From assembly GCA_023380935.1 (NCBI GenBank), contig JAMCST010000009.1:27760-91759 (forward strand): a stretch of 64,000 nucleotides of DNA. Direction: 5' to 3'. Positions 8,039 through 17,317 of the stretch are shown here, piece by piece. Every line of letters begins with the position of its first letter. Position 1 is the stretch's first letter. The notes under the pieces were generated by a model. That model was not told the DNA's origin and ran no database searches. It saw nothing but the letters and a program-made list of their open reading frames with translations. Source of the stretch: Patescibacteria group bacterium (GTDB lineage Bacteria > Patescibacteriota > Microgenomatia > UBA1406 > GWC2-37-13). Both the position numbers and the translations under genes were made by a program.

Positions 8039-8866
8039 CTATTTCTTCAAATCCAGATACAGCGAATAGCTGAATGCCACCCAGAAAGGGGTGATGATCA
8101 GGCTTTTGGCCAGACCCAACATTCCCTTGTTCAGCACGATTTCCACCAGGAAAATCACCAGGGCCATCAGCAGGTTTCTCCCCAGTACTCCCCAGAACTT
8201 TGGCAGTACCAGATTCCAGCTGTGATTCAGGGCTCCCATGCTTTTCTTGCCGTCGACGACATAGCTCAACGTGGCAAACTGCCAGACGATCAGCAAAAAG
8301 ACGCCGGGAATGATCAGGAACAGAAAGCCCAGCCCGGTAAACAGCGACGTCAGCAGGGAGATGACCGCGATCGGCCCCAGGGCGCCCCAGCTTTGTTGCA
8401 TCGCCTTCTTGACCGCGGCGAAAACGTCGTTCGCCTCCTGGTTTCTGATCGCGTAAACGATGGCCGTCTGCATCCAGAAGTTGATTACCATAAAAGCCGT
8501 CCAGATGACAATCAGACCGGCGATATTGAACAGGAGGTTGCTGAGAAAAAACCGGCCGCCGCCTATTCCCAGCGTCGCCAGACTGGAAACCCCAAACGAC
8601 ACTCCCCAGACCATGAAGGCGATTTTTTTTACCACCGACTGAATCGCGATGCCGACAAAGGCGATGACCAATGCCACCAGCCAGACGGTTTTGAAGGTTT
8701 CCCAGCTTTTTCCAAACAACTCCCCCACTCCCATCAACGATCCGCCCGAACCGGAAGCAACGGCAACGGTTGGTGCCGTCGCGGTTGGGTTTTTAAGCGG
8801 CTTTCCGCAGTGCTGGCAAAACTGATCATTTTTCTTAGCGGGTTTTCCGCAGTTTGAGCAAAACAT
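8039..8866 (-). CDS. Zinc-ribbon domain membrane protein (multi-pass)
   Basis: 275 aa. The N-terminal CSNCG...CQHCG zinc ribbon is followed by several hydrophobic helices. The overlapping plus-strand ORF 8021-8857 is low-complexity and was treated as a shadow. Confidence 0.75.
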   Translation of the reverse strand: MFCSNCGKPAKKNDQFCQHCGKPLKNPTATAPTVAVASGSGGSLMGVGELFGKSWETFKTVWLVALVIAFVGIAIQSVVKKIAFMVWGVSFGVSSLATLGIGGGRFFLSNLLFNIAGLIVIWTAFMVINFWMQTAIVYAIRNQEANDVFAAVKKAMQQSWGALGPIAVISLLTSLFTGLGFLFLIIPGVFLLIVWQFATLSYVVDGKKSMGALNHSWNLVLPKFWGVLGRNLLMALVIFLVEIVLNKGMLGLAKSLIITPFWVAFSYSLYLDLKK

Positions 8867-8914
8867 ATTAGTCTTTAGTCGGGAAATTATAATGGTTTAA
8901 CTGGTCGCTTCGGG

Positions 8915-10255
8915 TCATTTTTGCTTCTGACTTGAAGTGACCTTGTCCAGTTCCGCTTTTAACTGATCCAGGGTTATGTCCCGCCGGTTTTCGATCTGCG
9001 CAGTGATGCCGTTTTTCCATTTTTCAATTGCCTGGCTTTTTTGTCCGATCCGGTTCATTAAGTCGGGGTTGCACTTGAGGCGCGGATCGTCAAGCGGCCA
9101 GTGATTCATTTCCCTTACCATATTCAGCCATTCGGAGTTGCTTTTGTTGGTGATGCAAAGCCAGATGCCGTTTGATTGGTTTGTCAGCGCCAGCCAAATT
9201 TTATTCTGATTCGTTACATTACACAGCCAGTATCTGCTGTATTCCTGGACCGCTTTTGCCTGATTGTCAAAAATTTTGCTCATCTCGGTGGCGCTGTTGG
9301 CCAGATAAAACTCGCCGCCGGCGGCGGCGGAAATGTTTTTCAGCTGGATTTGACCCTGATTGTCTACCGCCAAACCGACGATGTTGACGATCGCCTTGGT
9401 GTTGCTGGAAGCATTAATGTCTTTGGCGGCCTGGACCGGGTTGCCGTCACAAGTTTCGATGCCGTCGGAAACCAGGTAGATCAGATTGCTGGTGGTGGCG
9501 GCGTCAAACTTGGAAAAGGCCGATTGGGCCTGTTGAAGCGCGGCGGCAATCGGCGTCCAGCCGGTCGGCGAGAAAGAATTGACTGCCGTTTCGAATTTGG
9601 CCTTGTCCAGTTTGGATATTGGGTAGATCATTTCGATGCCGGCGCACGACGTCGGTTTGTCGGCGGTCGAGTTGCTGCCTTTGTGGCCGTAGACCATCAA
9701 GCCGACCTGGGCGCGGTCAGGCAGTTTGGATACAAAGTCGGAAATCGCCTGTTTGGCCACGGCCATCTTTTGGCCGCCGGCGATATTTTCGGCCATTGAC
9801 CCCGACGAGTCCAGGATGATCAACACGTTCAGGTTTTCCTTGAACGGGTCCCCCAGCCCGGTCGGTTTGGTGCAGTCGGTCGGCTGGACAGTGACCTGGG
9901 TCAGACAAGAAGAATAATCTTTGCCATATTTCTGCTCCAATTCTTGATAAAGCTTGTCGCATTGGCTTGCATTCTCGGCGCTGCTGGTTGAGGCAGCGGT
10001 GTCGTTTTGCGTTACGGTTTTGCCGCTGGACAGCGCGGTATTTTTAGACATAAGCTGGTTTTTCACCGCGTTTAGTCCAAAAACCAGGGCCAGGAGCAAC
10101 AGCAGTCCGACTCCAACAATTAGAGTGATTCTTTTGGGGAAACGATCTGGACCGGTCTTGGTTAAGTCAGGAGCCGGCATCAGGTTGGAGCCGCACGAGG
10201 GGCAGAATTTGGCGCCCGGGTCAGTTATTTCAAAGTTGCATTTAGGACAGTGCAT
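8915..10255 (-). CDS. Zinc-ribbon, single-pass membrane protein with extracytoplasmic von Willebrand factor A domain
   Basis: 446 aa. It has a CPKCN...CPSCG ribbon, the TM helix ITLIVGVGLLLLLALVFGL, and the MIDAS motif LIILDSSGSM. The C terminus carries 11-aa WL..TN.SN repeats. Confidence 0.85.
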   Translation of the reverse strand: MHCPKCNFEITDPGAKFCPSCGSNLMPAPDLTKTGPDRFPKRITLIVGVGLLLLLALVFGLNAVKNQLMSKNTALSSGKTVTQNDTAASTSSAENASQCDKLYQELEQKYGKDYSSCLTQVTVQPTDCTKPTGLGDPFKENLNVLIILDSSGSMAENIAGGQKMAVAKQAISDFVSKLPDRAQVGLMVYGHKGSNSTADKPTSCAGIEMIYPISKLDKAKFETAVNSFSPTGWTPIAAALQQAQSAFSKFDAATTSNLIYLVSDGIETCDGNPVQAAKDINASSNTKAIVNIVGLAVDNQGQIQLKNISAAAGGEFYLANSATEMSKIFDNQAKAVQEYSRYWLCNVTNQNKIWLALTNQSNGIWLCITNKSNSEWLNMVREMNHWPLDDPRLKCNPDLMNRIGQKSQAIEKWKNGITAQIENRRDITLDQLKAELDKVTSSQKQK

Positions 10256-10419
10256 GGGTTTTTTCTTGTCTTATTTATCCCCCTTCGCGTAAAACCTCGG
10301 GTGTAAGCTCAAGGGAGTTTCATCTAGTCTTAAGTCTTAGTTTAAAACAAAGATTAAGCAAATGTCAAGAAAAGTGTTGCGCTATGGCCAGGCCTTTATC
10401 AGATCCATTAAGCAGAACT

Positions 10420-11058
10420 TCAGGAAATAATGTATTCGTATTGAAAGGTTTTTGGATTATATGCAAATCCTAATTGTTCAAATACCCGATCTGTTCTTCT
10501 TTCAATGTCTCCATAGTCTGTTAGGCCAAGCTCTACTTCATAATGGAGGGCAGCACAGTTGCCTGATACCTTTTTTAATCCCAGATTTCTTGCAAGTTCA
10601 ATGAGCGCCAGTATCATTTCGTGCCGGAATTTGCTTCTTCCTAACCTATGTCGTTCTTGTTCGGTGGAGAAATCATCAGGTCGAAGCGCTTGGGGAGTCT
10701 GTGTTATTAGCATCGCTCCTTCTGCAATATCAAATCCGGCGTGGGCAACTGGCATTTTTGTTTGGGTATCTATTTTCTCAACAGCAAACTTTCCTAAGGC
10801 CAGACTTTTTTGGTCAGGGGAAGCAAAATCAGCCCATAATCCCACACAGAGTCTTAGTTTCCCATAGATGGGAGTGTGTTCCTGGCATAATTGGGGCAGT
10901 TGAGACGGATCATAAACGGGAGCAATGTGATTTTTTATCTCCTTTCTGTAGTGCTCAATTGACGGCATGGAGATTATTTTACCAGGCCTTATTAAAAATG
11001 TTAAAATTAAACAACCATTATCAACTTGTTTCATCAAGAGGCAGCAGTTTAACGACAT
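10420..11058 (-). CDS. Hypothetical protein (possible GNAT-like fold)
   Basis: 212-aa ORF with no competing ORF of comparable quality. The true start is possibly the internal Met at 10968 (MPSIEHYRK). The segment HRLGRSKFRHEMILALIELARNLGLKKV loosely resembles GNAT motif A. Confidence 0.5.
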   Translation of the reverse strand: MSLNCCLLMKQVDNGCLILTFLIRPGKIISMPSIEHYRKEIKNHIAPVYDPSQLPQLCQEHTPIYGKLRLCVGLWADFASPDQKSLALGKFAVEKIDTQTKMPVAHAGFDIAEGAMLITQTPQALRPDDFSTEQERHRLGRSKFRHEMILALIELARNLGLKKVSGNCAALHYEVELGLTDYGDIERRTDRVFEQLGFAYNPKTFQYEYIIS

Positions 11059-11109
11059 CGGTATTTTTTAGCCAAAAGAGCAATTTTCCGACGGTAAAGC
11101 ATAATCATT

Positions 11110-11472
11110 ATGCAGTCAAAAAGTTTAGTCACAGCCAAAAAGTTTCTAGGCAAAAGAGTAAGGATAAAAATAGACCGGCCGATCGGCAGCGTCCACCCTA
11201 ATTTTGACAGGATTAAGTACACCGTCAACTATGGTTACTTAGAAGGCGTTAAAGCTCCGGATGGTGACGATTTGGATGTTTATTTACTGCGAGTGGACAA
11301 ACCCGTAAACGAATTTGAAGGAATCGTCACGGCAATCGTACACAGAATACACGATGACGACGATAAGCTGGTTGTCGTTCCAGACGGACAGTCGATATCA
11401 GATGAAGAAATAGACAAGGCCATTGAGTTTCAGGAAAAGTGGTCCAGATCTGAACACACGATCATCCGTTAA
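11110..11472 (+). CDS. Inorganic pyrophosphatase-like protein
   Basis: 120 aa. YGYLEGVKAPDGDDLDVYLL and HRIHDDDDKLVVVP resemble the YGFIP..DGDPLDVLV and DEKI(I/V)AV blocks of family I PPases. Confidence 0.55.
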   Translation: MQSKSLVTAKKFLGKRVRIKIDRPIGSVHPNFDRIKYTVNYGYLEGVKAPDGDDLDVYLLRVDKPVNEFEGIVTAIVHRIHDDDDKLVVVPDGQSISDEEIDKAIEFQEKWSRSEHTIIR

Positions 11473-11619
11473 TTTTCGGGCCTTCAAGCGATAAATAGCC
11501 GGATCAGTCCGTAATACCATCGAAATCGTCCAAAATCCTTTTTTTATGATTGCGAACTTGGTTTAAGGAGCAGCTTATTCAATCCCCCGTTTTGCAGTTT
11601 TCTAAAAAATGCGTGTTTC

Positions 11620-14046
11620 ATGGGGAATAACGACTTGACAGTACTGGCACGTCCCAGATATTATTTTAGTAATATGTCGGCTCAACCGCAACCGGAAGAA
11701 GGATCATCAATAGAGGCGTCGTTCAATCAAGTCAGCCATGGCATTGCGGAAAAATTGACCAACAGGTTGGCGAATGTCCACGCGACTTTCGTCGATGGGA
11801 AACTTACGGTTACGCCCACCTACAGGATCGTGAACTACCACCTGGGGGCAACAAAAGTAGGAGAAAGCGGCATGGGATCACGGGATAATGAGGTTGAGGT
11901 CGGACGAGCAAACGTAACAAAAACAGCCGAATTGTTACGACAACAGCTCCGGTCAGATGATGAAACGTTACGGTTAAACGACCCCCCGGTTGGCGATATT
12001 TTTTTCGGAACCGCGCTATCGCCAGTCACAACCGTAATTGAGGCAAACGATACGGCCGCGGATCTGGTAAAAAAATCCGACGAGGCGACTCCTTACGGTA
12101 GGGCGGCCGTCCCGCGTTTTTCCGAAAAAGGAATTCCCGCGCCGGTGGCGCGCGCCATTGTTTGGGCCACCGCGCGCGCCACAGCGCAGACGATCGATGA
12201 AGAGACCGGCAGGGCGGCCAGCGAAATCGATGATCGTTATGTCCAATCGGCCCAAACAAGATTGGCCAAGGCGATTGCTGACAGCGAAGCCCAGTTGGTT
12301 GACAGCCGAGATGAACTGAGGGTAACAGAGGCAACCCAGACGCGGTTGGACGCCAGGGCTTCAGAAACACAAGCCAAATCAACCGACCTTAAGGAGAAGG
12401 CTTCCCGACTCCAGCGTCTTCCGGCCTTGGTCGGAGAAAGAGTCCCGCGTGACGTGTTTGAGCAAACGATAAAAGACCTGGACTATCCGCTTTTGGCTGT
12501 AGAGAGACAGGGGTTAGTGATAAAAAAAGAAGTGGCAACCGGGGTTCGGGCCGATCCAATCGACGGGAGTTTGGCACGTTTGGTTGATAGTTCCGGTCCG
12601 ACCAGTGACGAAACGAATAATGCGCTCCAGGCGTTCGGCTATCGTGGGGGCAGCTTGGGAACGATTGATATGTTAAACGATACGATAGGCGCGGCGGCTG
12701 CCTCGCAAGCCAGGGAACAGTTCGCAACGCCAGCCGAGCAGGCCCGCCAGCTGTTTTATGAAGCAAAAACCATTCTTCAGGCTTTTCCCTCGCAGGGATT
12801 GGCTACCAAACTATCGGCACAGGAAAAGGCGTTTGACGAAATGGTCAAAAAAGACCCCCAGGGGGCGGTGACGGTCGCTTCTCAGCTGTTCGCCCGCGCG
12901 CATAATCTGAATTTACTGACGACACCCACCCGAAAGTCCCGTTTTCCGGAAAATCCCGGTTGGCCAATTACCACCCGTCTGCTAAGAAGTTATCAGAGTG
13001 AAGTTGGCCGCAAACTAATGGGTAAAAGAGTCTACCAGGATGCAAAAACAGACGAGGAACAGGCCAAGGCGGCACAATCGGAAGGAGGGGCGCATTTAGC
13101 GGAAAAACGCGGGACTGTTCGTACCCAGGAAACCAATCTCAATGGTCAACAAACCGAAAAGGACAACTTAACCGCGCAAAAAACCCAACGGATTAGTGCA
13201 TTGAAGGCCGAGATGGCGGCCAAGCTACTGACAGACCAGTTCGGCAATCCGATTGACGAAAAGGCCTTGGCTGCCAATCCCTGGCGCTTGTCGGAATTTG
13301 TAACCAAATCCAAACTGTTTTCTGATACCGTGGCCGCCGTTAGTTTTGGCATGCCCAGATGTATGGCCGGAGAGCCGGGTAGCGAAACAAGGCAGGCAAT
13401 ATTAGGTGATATGCAATATCACGCGGCGATCAGGGAAAAAGACGAATCCCTGACGCGGTCCGAAGATTTCCTGGGGTCGTTGATTGATCCGCTGGTTCCC
13501 GAAAACCATCCGACCAGGGCCCTGGCTTTAAGGCTGACCGGTGAAATGTTGCGCCGGTATTCCCTTGATAAAAGGGTACTGATGATGGGCGGTTATCCGG
13601 CCGGAAAGGAGATAAATGAAGACAATATGCGCTATCGCTGGGACAGTCTTCGGCCGATGCTGACGGCCATATTGCGAGGAGGACGAGTGCTAGACGTCTC
13701 CGGTCAAACGCCCCACCTGAAGTTGTCGGCAATAGACAGATCCCAAGCGACTTATGAGTCGGTCAAGCGGCAATTCAACTCCACCGGCCAAACTCATGAC
13801 GCCTATACGACTTTGACCCGAATAATAGCCCAAGCGATTCCTGACGGTAATGGTTTTATCGTTCCGGAAAACGCCCTATTGCGTTTTCAGGAGCCCGAAT
13901 TCCAGCACGATCGAGTACCGATCCCGTTGAGGGACATTTTAGATCAGGGTCGCGGAGTAGACATGTATGAGATTGTTTCCAGGAAACTGCAATTATTTGA
14001 CGTTTTGCCTTTTAATCGGCCGCTCTATTTAATCGAGAACAAATAA
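11620..14046 (+). CDS. Large hypothetical protein (808 aa), no recognisable domain
   Basis: This is the longest uninterrupted frame in the region. All overlapping ORFs are short and low-complexity. The protein has Ala/Gln/Glu-rich helical stretches and no signal peptide or TM helix visible by eye. Confidence 0.75.
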   Translation: MGNNDLTVLARPRYYFSNMSAQPQPEEGSSIEASFNQVSHGIAEKLTNRLANVHATFVDGKLTVTPTYRIVNYHLGATKVGESGMGSRDNEVEVGRANVTKTAELLRQQLRSDDETLRLNDPPVGDIFFGTALSPVTTVIEANDTAADLVKKSDEATPYGRAAVPRFSEKGIPAPVARAIVWATARATAQTIDEETGRAASEIDDRYVQSAQTRLAKAIADSEAQLVDSRDELRVTEATQTRLDARASETQAKSTDLKEKASRLQRLPALVGERVPRDVFEQTIKDLDYPLLAVERQGLVIKKEVATGVRADPIDGSLARLVDSSGPTSDETNNALQAFGYRGGSLGTIDMLNDTIGAAAASQAREQFATPAEQARQLFYEAKTILQAFPSQGLATKLSAQEKAFDEMVKKDPQGAVTVASQLFARAHNLNLLTTPTRKSRFPENPGWPITTRLLRSYQSEVGRKLMGKRVYQDAKTDEEQAKAAQSEGGAHLAEKRGTVRTQETNLNGQQTEKDNLTAQKTQRISALKAEMAAKLLTDQFGNPIDEKALAANPWRLSEFVTKSKLFSDTVAAVSFGMPRCMAGEPGSETRQAILGDMQYHAAIREKDESLTRSEDFLGSLIDPLVPENHPTRALALRLTGEMLRRYSLDKRVLMMGGYPAGKEINEDNMRYRWDSLRPMLTAILRGGRVLDVSGQTPHLKLSAIDRSQATYESVKRQFNSTGQTHDAYTTLTRIIAQAIPDGNGFIVPENALLRFQEPEFQHDRVPIPLRDILDQGRGVDMYEIVSRKLQLFDVLPFNRPLYLIENK

Positions 14047-14258
14047 TTCGCCAGTTTTTCTCGTGCTTGACAGTCTCATCTACTAGAATTTCTGGGTAAC
14101 CTAGATAATCGGGCTTATCAGAGTGGAATAGATTATATTCGGCTGGAGGGTGACGGCTGCGGCTGCCGCACGGGGATTTTATATGCCGGAATCCAGAGTC
14201 TAATCATATTATACTGATCGATATCAGTTGACTAAACAGTCCCTTCAAAAGAAGCAAT

Positions 14259-14426
14259 ATGCAAGTCATCGACCTGTCGCAACCGTTGTATGACAACATG
14301 AAGGTTTATCCCGGCGATCCGGAAGTACACATTAAGCAGGCGCATTGGTTGGACAAGGACGGCTGGCGGTTGCCGTTTTGGACGATTAATCTCCCAAACC
14401 TCCACCAGTCATCCGTTATACTTTAA
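14259..14426 (+). pseudogene. Truncated cyclase-family (kynurenine formamidase-like) gene remnant
   Basis: The 55-codon ORF MQVIDLSQPLYDNMKVYPGDPEVHIKQ... matches the N terminus of putative-cyclase proteins. It stops before the HxGTHxDAP metal-binding motif. Confidence 0.45.
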
Positions 14427-14429
14427 CCT

Positions 14430-14939
14430 ATGCGAGCAAAAAAACTGGAGCAAAAAATTGAGCAAGAGTTTCACGTTTCCTGGTACATTGTCGCCTATAA
14501 ACTGATTTTCGGACTGGCGGAACTGTTAACCGGCATCGGTATCGTTTTTTTTGGCAGCCAGATCTTCCGCCTTTACACCCGACTGGTGTCGCAGGAGTTG
14601 AGCGAGGACCCCCACGATTTGTTGGCGCGGTTGAGCGAACGGATTGTCCCCCACCTCTTTACCCACCATACTTATCTGGTGATGTACTTGATTCTGTTGG
14701 GAACGGTAAAAATCGCCGGAGCGATCGGATTGATGTACAAAAAAAACTGGGGGGTTGATCTGTTGGTCGGATTATCGATTATCCTTTTGCCGTTTCAACT
14801 GGCGAGCTTTTTTTCTCATCCGAACGTCTTTGACGCCGGCTATGCTGTTCTTGGTATATTCATTATCTTCTACCTGACCGAGTTTCGGCCGCATGCCTGG
14901 ATCTCCCGGCTGCTTCTTTACCGGAGAGCCAAAAAGTAG
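14430..14939 (+). CDS. DUF2127-like small membrane protein
   Basis: 169 aa with four hydrophobic helices. The N-terminal pattern YKLIFGLAELLTGIGIVFFG is typical of DUF2127. Confidence 0.55.
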   Translation: MRAKKLEQKIEQEFHVSWYIVAYKLIFGLAELLTGIGIVFFGSQIFRLYTRLVSQELSEDPHDLLARLSERIVPHLFTHHTYLVMYLILLGTVKIAGAIGLMYKKNWGVDLLVGLSIILLPFQLASFFSHPNVFDAGYAVLGIFIIFYLTEFRPHAWISRLLLYRRAKK

Positions 14940-14962
14940 TTAATTTTTGTTATCATTAATCT

Positions 14963-15349
14963 ATGAAACTTGACGCGGTTGGAGTCAGCTCCGGTAATTT
15001 GAAGCGCACGATCGTATTTTATCAGTTGTTGGGGTTTGTTTTTCCGGCATTGAAAGGCGATGAGCGTCATATTGAGGCGGTTGTTACTGACGGATCGGCG
15101 CGGCTGATGATTGATAAAAAGGAACTGGTTAAGGAAATCATCGGCGAGGAGCCAAAACCGAGCAATCACTCTCCCTTCGCAATCCAGTACGATCGGCCCG
15201 AAGAGATTGATCAGACATGCCTAAAAGTTCAGGCGGCTGGTTTCACCGTTGTTAAACCGCCGTGGGACGCTTTTTGGGGACAGCGATATGCCATTGTTCA
15301 AGATCCGGACGGATATAAAATTGACCTGTATGCCCGGCGGGAAAAATAA
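14963..15349 (+). CDS. VOC (glyoxalase/bleomycin-resistance) family protein
   Basis: 128 aa. The C-terminal FWGQRYAIVQDPDGYKIDLY is characteristic of the family. Confidence 0.8.
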   Translation: MKLDAVGVSSGNLKRTIVFYQLLGFVFPALKGDERHIEAVVTDGSARLMIDKKELVKEIIGEEPKPSNHSPFAIQYDRPEEIDQTCLKVQAAGFTVVKPPWDAFWGQRYAIVQDPDGYKIDLYARREK

Positions 15350-15385
15350 TGCCGTTTATTTAGTTAATTAATTAACTAAACGAAA

Positions 15386-15789
15386 ATGATTCCGGTTTCT
15401 GCCGAACCAAAGATTATCGAACTACGTTTTACTTATAAAAAAGACAACGGCGACGTATGGGTGTTAAATCTTGATGACGTGCCGGTTGACCGCGCCGTCA
15501 TCAGAGATCGGCAATTGGTTTACCTTGGGCCCGGCGGAGTCGGTGGGAATCATAGACATCCGCGCGCCGCGAGTGGTTTATCGGCATTGGAAATCTGGTT
15601 TTTATCTGGGAGGACGAAACCGGTAATAAACACGAAGAAAAGATGAATCCTGCCGGCAAAATTAAATTGATCATGGTGCCGCCGTTCGTGCCCCACGTAG
15701 TCATTAATCGTTCCTTGGATCAATCAGCCGTAATCTTTGAATTGGCCGACGCGAAGATGGACAGCGTAACGCCAGAAAGCGTTATTTAA
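15386..15789 (+). pseudogene. Cupin-domain gene interrupted by a frameshift
   Basis: The first frame (15386-15646) gives ...GGVGGNHRHPR. The frame shifted by one nt opens at 15556 and reads REWFIGIG...LIMVPPFVPHVVIN up to the TAA at 15787-15789. Joining the two restores cupin motif 1 (G-x5-H-x-H-x3-E) and motif 2 (P..H-x3-N). The shift lies in the GC run CCGCGCGCCGCGAG (about 15560-15573). Confidence 0.6.
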
Positions 15790-16585
15790 CCGTCTGTTTC
15801 AGAAGCGTGACGCCGGCAAACAGCGCCAGCGACAATAAAACAATCACCCCGCCGGCCGGCAGATTAAGATAGTAGGCCATTACCAATCCTGCCGTTACCG
15901 CCGCCAGCGCCAGGGCAATAGCCAAAAAAATCCCCTGTTTAAAACTGCGGCTGACCTGCATGGCCGTGGTGACCGGAATGACCATCAGCGCCCCGATCAG
16001 CAGCACGCCGACAATGCGCATCGACAACGAGACGGTAACGGCCGTAAGCAACATGAGCACCAGACTGATCGTTTTGGTGTTGATACCGCTGGCGCGGGCG
16101 CTGTCTTCGTCAAACGAAGAATAAAGCAGCGGCCGGTAAAAATGGACGATGGTGACCACCGCCACCAGTCCAAGCAGCAAAATCAGCCAGACCTCATCAG
16201 GCTGGACGGTGGTGATGCTGCCGAACAGGTAACTGAACAGACCGGCGTTAAAGCCGTTGGCAAAACTGATCAAGACGACGGCCAAGGCCAGTCCACCCGG
16301 CAAAAAGATCGCCAGCACCGCCTCGGCCGGCAGGCGGCCACGACTGCGGATCGCCTCGATCAGGAAGGCCACGATCATGGTGAGGATGACGGTAGTGATA
16401 AGCGGTTGAGTGCCGGTCAACAGCCCGATGGCCACGCCGGCCAGGGCAACGTGCGACAGCGTGTCGGCCACAAGCGAGAACCGCCGGATCACCAGAAAGC
16501 TGCCGATCAGCGGCGCGGTCACGGCAATCACCAAACCGGCCGCAAATGCCCGGACCATGAAACCATACTGAAACATTGATTCCAT
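15782..16585 (-). CDS. znuB: Metal (zinc/manganese) ABC transporter permease, ABC-3 family
   Basis: 267 aa, polytopic, ZnuB/MntB-like throughout. It lies directly downstream of the ATPase and the substrate-binding protein genes. Confidence 0.85.
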   Translation of the reverse strand: MESMFQYGFMVRAFAAGLVIAVTAPLIGSFLVIRRFSLVADTLSHVALAGVAIGLLTGTQPLITTVILTMIVAFLIEAIRSRGRLPAEAVLAIFLPGGLALAVVLISFANGFNAGLFSYLFGSITTVQPDEVWLILLLGLVAVVTIVHFYRPLLYSSFDEDSARASGINTKTISLVLMLLTAVTVSLSMRIVGVLLIGALMVIPVTTAMQVSRSFKQGIFLAIALALAAVTAGLVMAYYLNLPAGGVIVLLSLALFAGVTLLKQTVK

Positions 16586-16591
16586 ATTGTT

Positions 16592-17317
16592 TTAATGATT
16601 GTGCATTAACAGGCGCACCGGCCGGCCGTATAACTGATCGAGAAAATCGCCGCGCAGTACGGTGTGCGGTTCGCCGTGGCAAATCAAGGTTTTGTTGATG
16701 CAGGCGACGGTTTTGGTTTCGTGGGCAACCACGTCAATGTCATGGGAAACCAACACCAGCGTCAGGGCGTGTTTTTGGTTGAGGTTTTTGAGAAGCCGAT
16801 AAAACTGCAACTGCGAATCAATATCCACTCCGACTGTCGGTTCGTCAAGAATCAGCAGCTGCGGTCGTGACACCAGAGCGCGGGCAATAAATACGCGCTG
16901 CTGCTGGCCGCCGGACAGTTCATTGAGCGGTTGCGTCATCTTGTTTTCCATGGCCACGCCGGCCAGGGCGCGTCTGATGGTTTCCGGATCGCCGCCGTTC
17001 ATGCCGACTGCCTCGGCCACGGTAACCGGAAAAGTTGGGTTGGACAACGCCGCCTTTTGCGGGACATATCCGATCTTGGCCCAGTCAGTGAAGCGGGACT
17101 GCGATTGCCCAAACAATTCGACCGATCCGCTGTCCGGCTTGATCAATCCGACGATAATTTTAAGCAGGGTGGTTTTTCCGCTGCCGTTCGGTCCCACCAG
17201 CCCCAGGAAGTCGCCCCATTTGATCGTCAGGTTGATATTTTCCAGTACAGGCTCGTGTTGGTAGCGGAAACCGACGTTGTTGATGTTTACGATCGCGTCG
17301 TCTTTCATTGCCGACAT
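16592..17317 (-). CDS. znuC: Metal ABC transporter ATP-binding protein
   Basis: 241 aa. Walker A is GPNGSGKTT, the signature is LSGGQQQRVFIARAL and Walker B is LLILDEPT. Confidence 0.9.
   Translation of the reverse strand: MSAMKDDAIVNINNVGFRYQHEPVLENINLTIKWGDFLGLVGPNGSGKTTLLKIIVGLIKPDSGSVELFGQSQSRFTDWAKIGYVPQKAALSNPTFPVTVAEAVGMNGGDPETIRRALAGVAMENKMTQPLNELSGGQQQRVFIARALVSRPQLLILDEPTVGVDIDSQLQFYRLLKNLNQKHALTLVLVSHDIDVVAHETKTVACINKTLICHGEPHTVLRGDFLDQLYGRPVRLLMHNH

Noticed and set aside
8021-8857. 278-aa plus-strand ORF overlapping the zinc-ribbon membrane gene
   Set aside because: Its translation is low-complexity (Q/H/D/R/P-rich) with no motifs. The minus-strand frame has a zinc ribbon and coherent TM helices. 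It is a typical antisense shadow ORF in GC-richer DNA.
9176-9799. Plus-strand ORFs antisense to the vWA gene, and similar ORFs at 16142-16682 antisense or alternative to znuB
   Set aside because: These are GC-rich shadow frames with Gly/Arg/Asp-rich translations, and the opposing frames have unambiguous domain signatures.
14067-14089. TTGACA ... TAGAAT as a promoter downstream of the 808-aa gene
   Set aside because: The spacer is only 11 nt, incompatible with a sigma70-type promoter.
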